64,000 bases of DNA from Deltaproteobacteria bacterium (GTDB taxonomy: Bacteria; Myxococcota_A; Polyangia; Polyangiales; JADJMO01), in assembly GCA_022843175.1 (NCBI GenBank), contig JALHOE010000006.1:13985-77984 (forward strand). The letters are read 5' to 3'. The notes under the pieces are model-generated. The model saw only the letters and a program-made list of their open reading frames with translations, was not told where the DNA came from and searched no databases. Positions 25,561 to 35,109 of the stretch are shown here, in pieces (position 1 is the stretch's first letter; each line of letters begins with the position of its first letter). Both the position numbers and the translations under genes were made by a program.

Positions 25561-26574
25561 ATGGCTTCCGACCTGATGATCCACACCAAGGGCCTGACCA
25601 AGCGCTACGACGAGTTCGTCGCGGTCGACCGCATCTCCTTCGACGTCCATCGCGGAGAGGTCGTCGGGTTCCTCGGACCGAACGGCGCCGGCAAGTCGAC
25701 CACGATGCGCATCCTCACGTGCTTCATCTCCGCGACCGACGGCGTCGCGAAGGTGCACGGCTTCGACGTGTTCGAGGAGCCGCTCGAGGTGCGCAAGCGC
25801 ATCGGGTACCTCCCGCAGCGCGCGCCGCTCTACCCCGAGATGACGGTCCACGAGTACCTCGACTTCTGCGGCGACCTCCGCCAGCTCGCCAGCGGCGAGA
25901 CCCGCAAAAAGGCTGTCCGGCGCGTCGTCGAGGTGTGCGGCCTCCGCTCCTTCTACACCAAGGAGATCCGCAACCTCTCGCACGGTCAGCGCCAGCGCGT
26001 CGGCCTCGGACAGGCGCTCCTGCACGATCCCTCGCTCCTCATCCTCGACGAGCCGACGGCCGACCTCGACCCGAACGAGAAGCGCGAGTTCCTCACCTAC
26101 CTCCGAGACATCGGCGAGAACCGCACCGTCATCCTCTCGACCCACAACATCTCCGAGGTCGAGTACGCCTGCACCCGCACGCTGATCATCTCGAACAAGG
26201 ACGGCAAGGGCGGTCGCATCGCGGCCGACGGCCCGATCGAGGCGATCCGCGCCGGCAGCGGCACCGTGCGCTACCAGGTCGCGGCGGGCGCCTCGGCCGA
26301 GGGCACGCTGCCGACGGCGGCGCAGCTCCGCGACGCGCTGTCGGCGGTGAAGGGCGCGACTTCGGTCCGCGAGCTCGCGGCCCCGGACGCGCGCGCGGTC
26401 AAGGCCGAGGTCGTGGGCAGCAAGGACGCCGACATCCGCCGCGATCTCCGCGACGCGATTGCGGGCAAGGGCTGGGACCTCCTCGAGCTCCGTCGCGAGC
26501 TCCCCCCGCTCGAGGACGTCTTCCGCGAGCTGACGCTGGGCAGCGATCGTCGCGATCGCGCCGCCGCCGCCTGA
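25561..26574 (+). CDS. ABC transporter ATP-binding protein (GldA-like)
   Basis: The ATG at 25561 gives MASDLMIHTKGLTKRY... Motifs are GPNGAGKSTT (Walker A), LSHGQRQRVGL (signature) and LILDEPT (Walker B). A C-terminal extension is present. Confidence 0.9.
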   Translation: MASDLMIHTKGLTKRYDEFVAVDRISFDVHRGEVVGFLGPNGAGKSTTMRILTCFISATDGVAKVHGFDVFEEPLEVRKRIGYLPQRAPLYPEMTVHEYLDFCGDLRQLASGETRKKAVRRVVEVCGLRSFYTKEIRNLSHGQRQRVGLGQALLHDPSLLILDEPTADLDPNEKREFLTYLRDIGENRTVILSTHNISEVEYACTRTLIISNKDGKGGRIAADGPIEAIRAGSGTVRYQVAAGASAEGTLPTAAQLRDALSAVKGATSVRELAAPDARAVKAEVVGSKDADIRRDLRDAIAGKGWDLLELRRELPPLEDVFRELTLGSDRRDRAAAA

Positions 26575-26609
26575 TTTCGTAAGCACTTCCGAGACTTGGA
26601 AGAGGATCC

Positions 26610-27323
26610 ATGAACAGCACTCTCATCGTCGCCCGACGCGAGTTCCGGTCGAATTTCGACAGTCCGATCGGCTACGTCGTCATCGCGCTCAGCCTCCTCG
26701 GCGTCGGCGCGTTCTTCTTCCGCGACTACTGGACGATCAACCGCGCCACGATCTACCCGCTCTTCACGTGGCTGCCGTGGGCGTTCACGTTCTTCGTCAT
26801 CCCGGCGATCACGATGCGCCTGTTCTCCGAGGAGAAGCGCACCGGCACGATCGAGCTGCTGATCACCATGCCGGTCCGCGACCGCGAGGTCGTCCTCGGC
26901 AAGTACCTGGCGACGCTCGCGCTCGTCGGCGTGCTCCTCGCGCTGACGCTCACCTATCCGCTCCTGATCGGCCGCCTCGGCAACCTCGACCCCTACCCGA
27001 TCGCCGCCGGCTACCTCGGCATGCTCATGCACGCGAGCGCGGGCATCGCGATCGGCCTGTTCTTCTCGAGCGTCACCGAGAACCAGATCATCGCGTTCAT
27101 GCTCACCGCGGTCGTCCTGCTCGGCCTCTTCTCGATCGACTACCTCGGCGCGGCGGTCGGCGGCACCCTCGGCGACATCTTCGCGTTCGTGTCGTTCCAG
27201 CGCCGGCTCGCGCCCTTCGGCCGCGGCCTCATCGACCTGCGCCACGTCGTGTACTTCCTCTCGGTAACCGTCTTCTTCCTCATGCTCACGACGCGTCAGC
27301 TCGAGAGCCGCAAGTGGAAGTGA
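26610..27323 (+). CDS. ABC-2 type permease (GldF-like)
   Basis: 237 aa, six hydrophobic segments. RREFRSNFDSPIGYV is the N-terminal motif typical of ABC-2/GldF permeases. Confidence 0.82.
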   Translation: MNSTLIVARREFRSNFDSPIGYVVIALSLLGVGAFFFRDYWTINRATIYPLFTWLPWAFTFFVIPAITMRLFSEEKRTGTIELLITMPVRDREVVLGKYLATLALVGVLLALTLTYPLLIGRLGNLDPYPIAAGYLGMLMHASAGIAIGLFFSSVTENQIIAFMLTAVVLLGLFSIDYLGAAVGGTLGDIFAFVSFQRRLAPFGRGLIDLRHVVYFLSVTVFFLMLTTRQLESRKWK

Positions 27324-27332
27324 GAGATTAAA

Positions 27333-29594
27333 ATGTCCGACACCAAAGACGACGACAGCAAGAAGAACGAGAGCGGCGAGTCCGACCAATCGGTCACCAA
27401 GATCGAGAAGCGCAAGTCCGAGGCGCCCGCCGAGGAGAGCGAGCCGAAGAAGGCCGCTTCCGTCGACGACGACAGCCCGACCGGCGCCCAGACCCCGATC
27501 GCCAAGAAGTCCGAGGACGCGCCGAAGTCGGTGCGGCCCAAGGAGGGCCCGTCCACCAAGGTCGTCGTGAAAGACGAGGACGCGGATCCGCCGAAGGCGG
27601 GACGCGCTGACTCGGACGAGGACGAGGAGCCGAAGCCCAAGAAGAAGCCCGCCGCCGCCGCCGCCGCCAAGAAGAAGGCAGTGGACGACGACGACGACGA
27701 CGACGACCGCCCCGCGGTCAAGCGCCCCGCGCCCGTCCCCCGCAAGGACTCCGAGGGCGAGAGCCGCCGCACCCGCGCCTCCGGCGAGAGCGTCGGTCTC
27801 CTGCTCGTCGCAGGCGCCGTCCTGGTCGTCGGCAACCTCGCGCTCCAGAGCACGTCGCGCTTCCGCATCGACGCGACCCGCGAGGAGAAGTTCACGCTGT
27901 CGAAGAAGGGCACCGCGCACCTCCTCTCGACCCTGAACAAGCCGCTCCACATCAAGGTCTACTCCCCCGAGGGCCTCGCCACGATCGACGCGTTCATCCG
28001 CGATCTACGCGATCTCCTCGGCGAGTACGTCCGCTACGGGGACGGCAAGGTCAGCTACGAGATCATCTACCCCGACCGCCTCGAGGGCGAGCAGAAGACC
28101 AAGGCCGAGGCCGACGCGCAGGAAGCCGGTCTCAAGAAGCAGCTGATGGGCGAGTCGAAGGGCGGCGCCGGCTCGAAGTCGGGCACCATCGGCGAGGGCT
28201 TCCTCGGCATGGTCCTCACCTACGGCGGTGAGAAGGCCACCCTCGACCTCAACGAGCGCAACCAGCAGGGTCTCGAGTTCTTCATCTCGAACAAGATCCG
28301 CGAGCTGCGCGACAAGGAAGACAAGATCATCCACCGCATCGGCTACCTCCAGGGCCACAAAGAGAAGGGCTTCCAGGAGCTGCAGCGGATCTTCGGCGAG
28401 TACTTCCCCTACTACAAGCTCGAGGGCATCGACCTCGCCAAGGGCGAGAAGGACGTGGAGGACGGCCTCGACGGCCTCATCATGTCCACCCCCGACGAGG
28501 AGATCCCGAGCAAGGAGCTCCGCCGCATCGACAAGTTCTTGATGAAGGGGAAGGCGCTCGCGGTCTTCGCGAACAACATCCACCTCAAGGACGCCGACCC
28601 GGCCATGAACGTCACGTTCTCCGGCATGGGCGTCGACAAGCTGCTGTCCGGCTACGGCATCGACTTCAAGCAGGAGCTGGTGATCGACAAGACCCAGTTC
28701 TGGACGCCGGTGCTGATGGGGCCGCAGGGCATGGGCATCCAGCTCGACCCCTACCCGTTCATGTTCATGGCGGATGGGTCGCGCAGCGACGTCACCTTCG
28801 ACAACAAGTTCGCGCCCTTCTTCCGGCTGCCGCAGCTCGCGGTCCCCTTCCCGAGCGAGCTCACGGTCGACAAGGCGCGCGCGGGCGGCGATCCGGTCTC
28901 GATCACCCCGGTCGTCCGGACGTCGAAGCAGATCGTCACCGTCCAGGGCTCGTCGATCTCGGTCCACCCGAGCCGCGACAAGATGGGCGCCGGCGCGGGC
29001 GGCCAGAAGGACGAGAAGCGCGAGGCCTGGCTCGGCGTCTCCCTCGAGGGGCCGATCAAGAGCGCGTTTCCGGGCGGCGGCGAGGGCGTCGACGGCGTCC
29101 CGATCGCGGCGGCCGGCAAGGCGCGCCTCTTCGTGCTCTCGAGCGGCAACTACTTCACCAACGCCTTCCAGGAGGCCGGCAAGTCGCCCTTCGGCGGCAT
29201 GATGCCCGGCATGGACCCGAACATGGGCTCCGACGAGGAGCTGATGCGCTACGCGGCGATCTACGACCGCAACACCCGCGTCTACTCGTTCCTCGTCGCC
29301 AAGCAGACGTGCGATTGGATCTCGCAGGAGACCGATCTCCTGGCCGTCGGCGCGAAGCTCATGTCCGATCCCGAGCTCACCTATCCCAAGAGCCCGGCGC
29401 CCACGCCCTCCCCCGACGAGAAGCCCGACAGCGAGGCCTTCCGTAAGAAGAAGCAGGGCTGGATCGACTCGATCAAGGCGGAGCAGCGCTTCACCCAGTG
29501 GGCGAACATCCTCATCGGCCCGGCGCTCATCGGCCTCATCGGCCTCTACCGCTGGTGGAACCGCAACGCGAAGCGCGCCGCGGTGAAGATCTAG
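27333..29594 (+). CDS. GldG-family ABC-transporter auxiliary protein with long charged N-terminal extension
   Basis: 753 aa. FRIDATREEKFTLSKKGTAHLLSTLNKPLHIKVY is the GldG-type motif. A C-terminal TM segment is present (WANILIGPALIGLIGLYRWW). The first ~130 aa are K/D/E/A low complexity. Confidence 0.8.
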   Translation: MSDTKDDDSKKNESGESDQSVTKIEKRKSEAPAEESEPKKAASVDDDSPTGAQTPIAKKSEDAPKSVRPKEGPSTKVVVKDEDADPPKAGRADSDEDEEPKPKKKPAAAAAAKKKAVDDDDDDDDRPAVKRPAPVPRKDSEGESRRTRASGESVGLLLVAGAVLVVGNLALQSTSRFRIDATREEKFTLSKKGTAHLLSTLNKPLHIKVYSPEGLATIDAFIRDLRDLLGEYVRYGDGKVSYEIIYPDRLEGEQKTKAEADAQEAGLKKQLMGESKGGAGSKSGTIGEGFLGMVLTYGGEKATLDLNERNQQGLEFFISNKIRELRDKEDKIIHRIGYLQGHKEKGFQELQRIFGEYFPYYKLEGIDLAKGEKDVEDGLDGLIMSTPDEEIPSKELRRIDKFLMKGKALAVFANNIHLKDADPAMNVTFSGMGVDKLLSGYGIDFKQELVIDKTQFWTPVLMGPQGMGIQLDPYPFMFMADGSRSDVTFDNKFAPFFRLPQLAVPFPSELTVDKARAGGDPVSITPVVRTSKQIVTVQGSSISVHPSRDKMGAGAGGQKDEKREAWLGVSLEGPIKSAFPGGGEGVDGVPIAAAGKARLFVLSSGNYFTNAFQEAGKSPFGGMMPGMDPNMGSDEELMRYAAIYDRNTRVYSFLVAKQTCDWISQETDLLAVGAKLMSDPELTYPKSPAPTPSPDEKPDSEAFRKKKQGWIDSIKAEQRFTQWANILIGPALIGLIGLYRWWNRNAKRAAVKI

Positions 29595-29644
29595 TCGGAG
29601 TCTCAGTCCAGAGTCCGACGTAACCAGGCCCCCCGGAAACGACC

Positions 29645-30730
29645 ATGGCGACCACTCCCTCCTCGAAGATGAACCAGATCTACATCGGCATCGGCGCGCT
29701 CGCCGTGGTCGGTGCGCTCTACTACATGAACACCAAGAAGGAGGCGGCCAACACCAACACCACCTTCACTCAGGGTTCGAAGGAGGGCGCGGCTCCGCAG
29801 GTGAAGGTCGTCCCCGAAGAGATCGACAAGCTCACGCTCCGGGCCAAGGACAAGCCGGAGATCGTCCTCGAGAAGAAGGACGGCAACTGGACGATGGCCG
29901 CGCCGACGGCGGGCGCGAAGGTGCAGAAGAGCGCGGTCGACGACCTGCTCAACGGCCTCAAGGGGCTCACCTTCAAGGAGCGGATCGCCACCGGCGCGAA
30001 CCAGTTCGCCGCCTACGAGCTCGACGAGGGCAAGGGCATCCACGTCGTCGCCACCAAGGCCGGCGCCCCGATCGTCGACCTCTGGCTCGGTGCGACCAAG
30101 TCGCGCGGCCAGATGGCGCGCCTCGGCAACGACGCGGTCGGCAACGTGTGGAGCGTCACCGGCGTGTCCTCATGGACGTTCGACAAGGCGCCGAAGGACG
30201 TGCGCGAGAAGAAGATCTGGGATCTCTCCCGCGACAACATCACCACCATCGAGCTCAAGGACGCGAAGGGCGGCTTCGTGTTCACCAAGAACGAGTCCGC
30301 GGCCGGCGACGCCGGCGCCACCGACGCGTCGGCGGGCGACGCCGGCGTCAAAGCGGCGTGGAGCGGCACCCTCGACGGCAAGCCGATCGCCGGCCTCGAC
30401 GCCGCCAAGGTCGACGACCTGTTGAGCGCGTTCACCCTCGGCGGCGTGCTCAACGCCGACGACTTCGGCGACGGCAAGTCCGACGCCGAGACCGGGCTCA
30501 AGTCGCCCGAGGCCACGGTCCTCTCGTTCAAGGGCAAGGACGGCGTCGCGCAGAAGATCACCCTCGGCAAGAGCGACGGCACCAAGCGCTACGCCCTCCG
30601 CGAGGGCGACAGCACGGTGTACCTCCTCGCCGAGAGCCCCTCGGGCTGGGCCGAGGCGGGCGTCGACAAGTTCGTTCCCGCGCCGACCGCCGGCGACGCC
30701 GGCGACGCCGGCACCGACGCGAAGAAATAG
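29645..30730 (+). CDS. DUF4340-domain protein
   Basis: 361 aa with an N-terminal TM segment (IYIGIGALAVVGALYYM). The repeated beta-rich modules (NWTMAAPTAGAKVQKSAVDDLLNGLKGL) are typical of DUF4340 genes that follow gldG-like genes. Confidence 0.7.
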   Translation: MATTPSSKMNQIYIGIGALAVVGALYYMNTKKEAANTNTTFTQGSKEGAAPQVKVVPEEIDKLTLRAKDKPEIVLEKKDGNWTMAAPTAGAKVQKSAVDDLLNGLKGLTFKERIATGANQFAAYELDEGKGIHVVATKAGAPIVDLWLGATKSRGQMARLGNDAVGNVWSVTGVSSWTFDKAPKDVREKKIWDLSRDNITTIELKDAKGGFVFTKNESAAGDAGATDASAGDAGVKAAWSGTLDGKPIAGLDAAKVDDLLSAFTLGGVLNADDFGDGKSDAETGLKSPEATVLSFKGKDGVAQKITLGKSDGTKRYALREGDSTVYLLAESPSGWAEAGVDKFVPAPTAGDAGDAGTDAKK

Positions 30731-30788
30731 GCGCGCGCGTCAGCGAGCGCCTACGCGAAGAAACAGGCGCGCGCGTCAGCGAGCGCCT
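30717..30788. repeat. 36-bp tandem duplication carrying two direct REP-like copies (copies 5-6 of 6)
   Basis: ACGCGAAGAAATAGGCGCGCGCGTCAGCGAGCGCCT at 30717-30752 is followed immediately by the same 36-mer with a single T>C change at 30753-30788. Unit 1 contains the TAG stop of the DUF4340 gene. Unit 2 contains the last codons and stop of galE on the other strand. Confidence 0.9.
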
Positions 30789-31750
30789 GAAGTGTGAAAC
30801 CGCGCCGCAGTCTCGATCAGCTCCCGGATGTCCGTATACCGCGGCGTCCACGAGAGCACCTGCTTGGCGCGCGTCGGGTCGGCGACGAGCGACGGCGGAT
30901 CGCCCTCACGGCGCGGTCCGAGCGTGTGCGGCACCTTCTTGCCGAGGACGGCCTCGACGGTCGTGATGATCTCGCGCACCGAGTTGCCGGTGCCGGTACC
31001 GAGGTTGACCGCCTCGCTCGCCCCGCCCGCCGCGAGGTGGCGGAGGGCGCGCACGTGCGCGTCGGCCAGATCGAGGACGTGGATGTAGTCGCGGACCGCG
31101 GTGCCGTCGGGCGTTGCGTAGTCGGTGCCGAACACCGTCAGCGGCGGCCGACGGCCGAGCGCGGCCTCGATCGTGAGCGGCACGAGGTGGGTCTCCGGAT
31201 CGTGGCGCTCGCCCATCGTGCCGTCGGGGTGTGCGCCTGCGGCATTGAAGTAGCGGAGGGCCATCCAGCGCAGCCCGTAGGCGTCGCCGTAGGAGCGGAG
31301 GATCATCTCGACCGCCAGCTTCGTCGCGCCGTACGGGTTGACGGGGGCGAGCCGGTGGTCCTCGCGCAGCGGCAGCGTCTGCGGATCGCCGTAGGTCGCG
31401 GCCGTCGACGAGAAGACCATGTTCTTGACCCCGCTCGTCACGAGCGTGTCGATCAGCGCAAAGGTCTTGAGCGTGTTGTTGGTCCAATAGGTCCGGGGGT
31501 CGCGGACCGACTCGCCCACGGCGGTGAACGCTGCGAAATGGACCACTGCCTCGATCCGATGTTCGTCCACCACCCGCGCGACCAGCGCGCGGTCGCCCAC
31601 GTCCCCCTCGACGAACGGCCCGAACCGGACGGCGTCTCGGTGACCGCGGCCGAGGTCGTCGAGGACGACCGGCTCGAACCCCTGCTCCGACAGCGCGCGG
31701 GCGGTGTGGCTGCCGATGTACCCGGCACCGCCGGTGACGAGGACGCGCAT
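30776..31750 (-). CDS. galE: UDP-glucose 4-epimerase
   Basis: The ATG at 31750 gives MRVLVTGGAGYIGSH. Also present are YGATKLAVE (the YxxxK motif), ALRYFNAAGA and DYIHVLDLADAH. It is the tail of track ORF 30776..32506. Confidence 0.92.
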   Translation of the reverse strand: MRVLVTGGAGYIGSHTARALSEQGFEPVVLDDLGRGHRDAVRFGPFVEGDVGDRALVARVVDEHRIEAVVHFAAFTAVGESVRDPRTYWTNNTLKTFALIDTLVTSGVKNMVFSSTAATYGDPQTLPLREDHRLAPVNPYGATKLAVEMILRSYGDAYGLRWMALRYFNAAGAHPDGTMGERHDPETHLVPLTIEAALGRRPPLTVFGTDYATPDGTAVRDYIHVLDLADAHVRALRHLAAGGASEAVNLGTGTGNSVREIITTVEAVLGKKVPHTLGPRREGDPPSLVADPTRAKQVLSWTPRYTDIRELIETAARFHTSGAR

Positions 31751-31789
31751 GATGGGCTCATACCATGCCTCGTGGTACGCGATGGGGCG

Positions 31790-32632
31790 ATGAGTCCGCG
31801 TGACGAGGAGCAGCTTCTGCGCTGGGCCATCAGCGAGATCTGCCGCGGGCAGGTGCGCCGGCTCGCGGCCGCGGTCGCGCAGCCGGGCGTGCGACTGGTG
31901 GCCATCAAGGGAGTCCACATCGCCGCGCTGACGGGGCCGGGTGAGCGCCCGATGAACGACGTGGACGTGGTGGTCGCGGCAGGCTCCTTCGCCGACGTCG
32001 TCGAACGCGCGGTCCGCAGCGGCGAGTTCAGGATCCGCAGCGACGACTGGTCGACCAAGACGCTCGAGCACCGGAACGGCGGCCCGCCGGTCGACGTCCA
32101 CCGGCTGCCGCTGCCCCCGCTGTTCGGCGCGATGAGCACCGCGGCGCTCCTCGAGCACGCGGTCCCGGCCGAGGGCCTGGGTGCGTCCGTGCTCTTCCCC
32201 GATCCCGCCGACGCCGCGGTCATCAGCCTCGTCAACATCTTCAAGGACGTCTTCGGCTATTTCGGCCGATACCACCTGCACCACGATCTCGACGCGCTCG
32301 CGGCCGCCGGCCTGACCCCGGCCGCGCTCGCCGAACGCCTCCGCCTCTACCGTTTGCGCCGGATCGGGATCCTCACGCTCCGCGAGCTCACCCGGCGCGA
32401 CGAGCGGTATCGCCCCTGGCTCGATGCGTGCGCCCCCACACCCGCCGACGAGCTCACCGCCGATCGGCTGGAGCGCCTGATGCGCAAAGCGGCGCCGCTC
32501 GGACACAATGTCGCGTTGCTTGCGGCCCGGCTCGTGGGCGACCGCCCGCTCGACGTCGTGGCCTCCGGCGGATTCGGCGCCGCCCGCCTGTTTAGGGACG
32601 GAACGCGGGCGTTATGGGCGAGGGTTCGCTAG
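31790..32632 (+). CDS. Uncharacterised nucleotidyltransferase-family protein (NTP_transf_5-like)
   Basis: The ATG at 31790 (MSPRDEEQLL) is in the tail of track ORF 30794..32632. VRLVAIKGVHIAALTGPGERPMNDVDVVVAAGSF matches the PF14907-type pattern as I recall it. Confidence 0.55.
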   Translation: MSPRDEEQLLRWAISEICRGQVRRLAAAVAQPGVRLVAIKGVHIAALTGPGERPMNDVDVVVAAGSFADVVERAVRSGEFRIRSDDWSTKTLEHRNGGPPVDVHRLPLPPLFGAMSTAALLEHAVPAEGLGASVLFPDPADAAVISLVNIFKDVFGYFGRYHLHHDLDALAAAGLTPAALAERLRLYRLRRIGILTLRELTRRDERYRPWLDACAPTPADELTADRLERLMRKAAPLGHNVALLAARLVGDRPLDVVASGGFGAARLFRDGTRALWARVR

Positions 32633-32745
32633 CTGCATAGGCATAGCCCCTCACCCGCTCCGGTGCGGCAGGTTGTCGCGCCGGGGTTGCCGCAGAACTG
32701 GCACCACGAAACCGCCGCGCGTACCGTCTAATCTCCGAGAGACCC

Positions 32746-35109
32746 TTGGCCGAAGAGAGCAAAGTCTGCACGACGTGCGGTCGCCGGTTCGGCGACGACG
32801 CGGTGTTCTGCCCGAAGGACGGCACCGCGCTCGTCCCGTCGACCGGCTCCGGTCAGGGCAAGGACTCGTTCCTCGGCCGCGAGATCCTCGGACACATCGA
32901 GATCCGCTCCCTGATCGGGTCCGGCGCGATGGGCCGGGTGTATCGCGCGCACCAGCGGGGCATCGACCGCGACGTCGCGGTGAAGATCCTCCACAAGGAG
33001 CTCGCGCAGAACCCCGATCTGGTCTCGCGCTTCCTCCGCGAGGCCAAGGTCGCCTCGCGCCTCAACCACAACAACCTCGTGCAGGTGCTGCTCGCCGGTC
33101 AGCTCGACGACAGCACGATGTACCTGGTCATGGAGTACCTCGACGGCATCTCGCTCCACTCGGCGCTGCTCGCCGCGGGGGGCGCGCTGCCGCTCGAGCG
33201 GGCGCTCCATATCGGTCTGCAGATGTGCGACGCGGTCGGCCAAGCGCACGAGGCCGGCGTGGTTCACCGGGACATCAAGCCCGAGAACATCATGCTGGTG
33301 CGCCGCGCCGACGACCTCGACTTCGTCAAGGTGCTCGACTTCGGGATCGCGCGCCTCGCGAGCGGCGATCCGGGCCGCTCGGGGATCGAAACGCAGGCCG
33401 GCCTGGTCTTCGGCACCGCGCGTTATTTGTCGCCCGAGGGCGCGCGCGGCGAGCCGGTCGGCCCGCCGAGCGACAACTACGCGATCGCCACCGTCATCTA
33501 TCAGGCCATCGCAGGTCGCACGCCGTTCGAGAGCGACTCCTCGGTGTCGCTGCTCGTCGCCCAGATCCACGATCCGGCGCCGCCGCTCCGCAGCCATCCC
33601 CGCGCCAGCCGCGTGCCGCCGGGGGTCGAGGCGGTGATCATGAAGAACCTCGCCAAGGACCCGGCGCAGCGCGACGCCGACGCGCACACGTTCGGCCGCG
33701 CGCTGCTCGACGCGGCGATCGCCGCGGGCATGTCGTCCGACGATCTGCTCGTGCGCCCGGCCGTCGCGCGCTCGCGTCGCTCGCCGTCCGGCGGCCAGTT
33801 CCCGGTGCTCGGGACACCCGTGTTGTCCGGCACCCACGCGGTCACGCCTCCGCCCGGCCTCGGCAAGCCGCTCGCGTCCACCCAAACGCAGCTCGCGCCC
33901 ATGAAGCCCGACGGGATGAAGCCGCCCGAAGGCATCTATCACCCCTCCTACAGCGGTCGCCCGGCAGACGGCGCGCCCGCCGCGCCGCCTCCCGCGCAGC
34001 GTCGCGTGGCCAAGACGGTCGACGACGAGCCCGACCAACCGAAGGTCAACGCCGCCGGGACCGTGGCGATGCCACCGCAGCCCACGCCGTCCGGCGAGGA
34101 GTCGATCCTCGGCACCGCGTCCACCCCGCGCGACGAGAGCCTGATGGCCGCGGGCGTTCCGCGGCGCGGTCGCTGGACGGCGCTGCTCCTGGTCGGCGCC
34201 CTGGTCGGCGTGTTCGGCGTCGGCATCGCCGCCTACCGCCTCGGCTGGATCGGTCAGCACAAGGTCGACGACAAGAAGACCGAGGTCGAGGAGCTCCTCC
34301 GACGCGCGCAGAGCGCGCTCGACGCGCGCAAGTGGGACAAGCCGCCGGGCGAGAACGTCCTCGAGCTCACCGACAAGCTCCTCGCGATCGCCCCGAGCGA
34401 GACCCGCACCTTCCAGATCCGCAACGCCGCCGCCGACCGCATCGTGCGCGAAGCGCTCGACAAGAAGGCCCACGACGACCTCACCGGTGCGCTGGCGCTC
34501 TACCAACTCGCAGCCAAGCTCTCGCCGCCCGACAAGGGCCTGCAGGAGGAGATCGAAGAGGTCGAGGCCACCCTCGCCAAGGATCCGAGCACCGCCCAGC
34601 TCGTGACCGACGGCGGCGCCGCGCGCTTCTCCGCGACCACGCGCATCGGGGGCGACGAGGCGATCAAGCCCAACGAGCCGGTGACGATCGTGGCCACCAT
34701 CACCGGGGAGACGCCGAAGGAGGGCGATCCCAAGGCGCACTTCACCATCTCGGGGCCGAGCCTCGAGAAGCCGAAGGAGATCGAGGCGCGCGCCGAGACG
34801 CCGACGCGCTACGTCGGCTCGTTCGTCTTCCCGATGAACGGCAAGTACAAGGTGAAGTTCTTCGCGCGGCCCGAGGGGTATCCGGTCGCGGCGGACGCCG
34901 AGCGCCTCGTCGGCTCCGCGGCCCCCGCGCCCGTCGCCACGCCCAAGTCGAGCGGCGGCTGGCCCACCAAGCCGGTGGGCACCTGGCCGACGAAGCCCGT
35001 CGGCACGGCGCCCACGGGGCAGCCGACGATCATCCTCACGCCGGATCCCGTCCCGCTCCCCGCGCCGACGACGGCGCCCCCGCCTCCGCCGTTCCCCACG
35101 ATGCCGTGA
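32746..35109 (+). CDS. Ser/Thr protein kinase with N-terminal zinc ribbon, one TM segment and a large C-terminal extracytoplasmic region
   Basis: The start is TTG. The sequence has CTTCGRRFGDDAVFCPKDG, then GSGAMGRVY...VAVKIL...HRDIKPENIM...DFGIA...YLSPE. The TM segment is WTALLLVGALVGVFGVGIAAY. Confidence 0.9.
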   Translation: MAEESKVCTTCGRRFGDDAVFCPKDGTALVPSTGSGQGKDSFLGREILGHIEIRSLIGSGAMGRVYRAHQRGIDRDVAVKILHKELAQNPDLVSRFLREAKVASRLNHNNLVQVLLAGQLDDSTMYLVMEYLDGISLHSALLAAGGALPLERALHIGLQMCDAVGQAHEAGVVHRDIKPENIMLVRRADDLDFVKVLDFGIARLASGDPGRSGIETQAGLVFGTARYLSPEGARGEPVGPPSDNYAIATVIYQAIAGRTPFESDSSVSLLVAQIHDPAPPLRSHPRASRVPPGVEAVIMKNLAKDPAQRDADAHTFGRALLDAAIAAGMSSDDLLVRPAVARSRRSPSGGQFPVLGTPVLSGTHAVTPPPGLGKPLASTQTQLAPMKPDGMKPPEGIYHPSYSGRPADGAPAAPPPAQRRVAKTVDDEPDQPKVNAAGTVAMPPQPTPSGEESILGTASTPRDESLMAAGVPRRGRWTALLLVGALVGVFGVGIAAYRLGWIGQHKVDDKKTEVEELLRRAQSALDARKWDKPPGENVLELTDKLLAIAPSETRTFQIRNAAADRIVREALDKKAHDDLTGALALYQLAAKLSPPDKGLQEEIEEVEATLAKDPSTAQLVTDGGAARFSATTRIGGDEAIKPNEPVTIVATITGETPKEGDPKAHFTISGPSLEKPKEIEARAETPTRYVGSFVFPMNGKYKVKFFARPEGYPVAADAERLVGSAAPAPVATPKSSGGWPTKPVGTWPTKPVGTAPTGQPTIILTPDPVPLPAPTTAPPPPPFPTMP

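Noticed and set aside
10119-30788. Whether the recurring 24-nt element could be a CRISPR array or a MITE carrying terminal inverted repeats.
   Set aside because: Each site has only two copies, mostly in inverted orientation. The intervening sequences are 14-41 nt and unrelated, no cas genes are present, and no target-site duplications are visible. A REP-like or terminator-like interpretation fits better.
32633-32745. A sigma-54 promoter (TGGCAC-N5-TTGC) upstream of the kinase at CTGGCACCACGAAACC, and a similar TGGCAC at about 10183.
   Set aside because: The -12 element (TTGC) is absent at the correct spacing in both cases.
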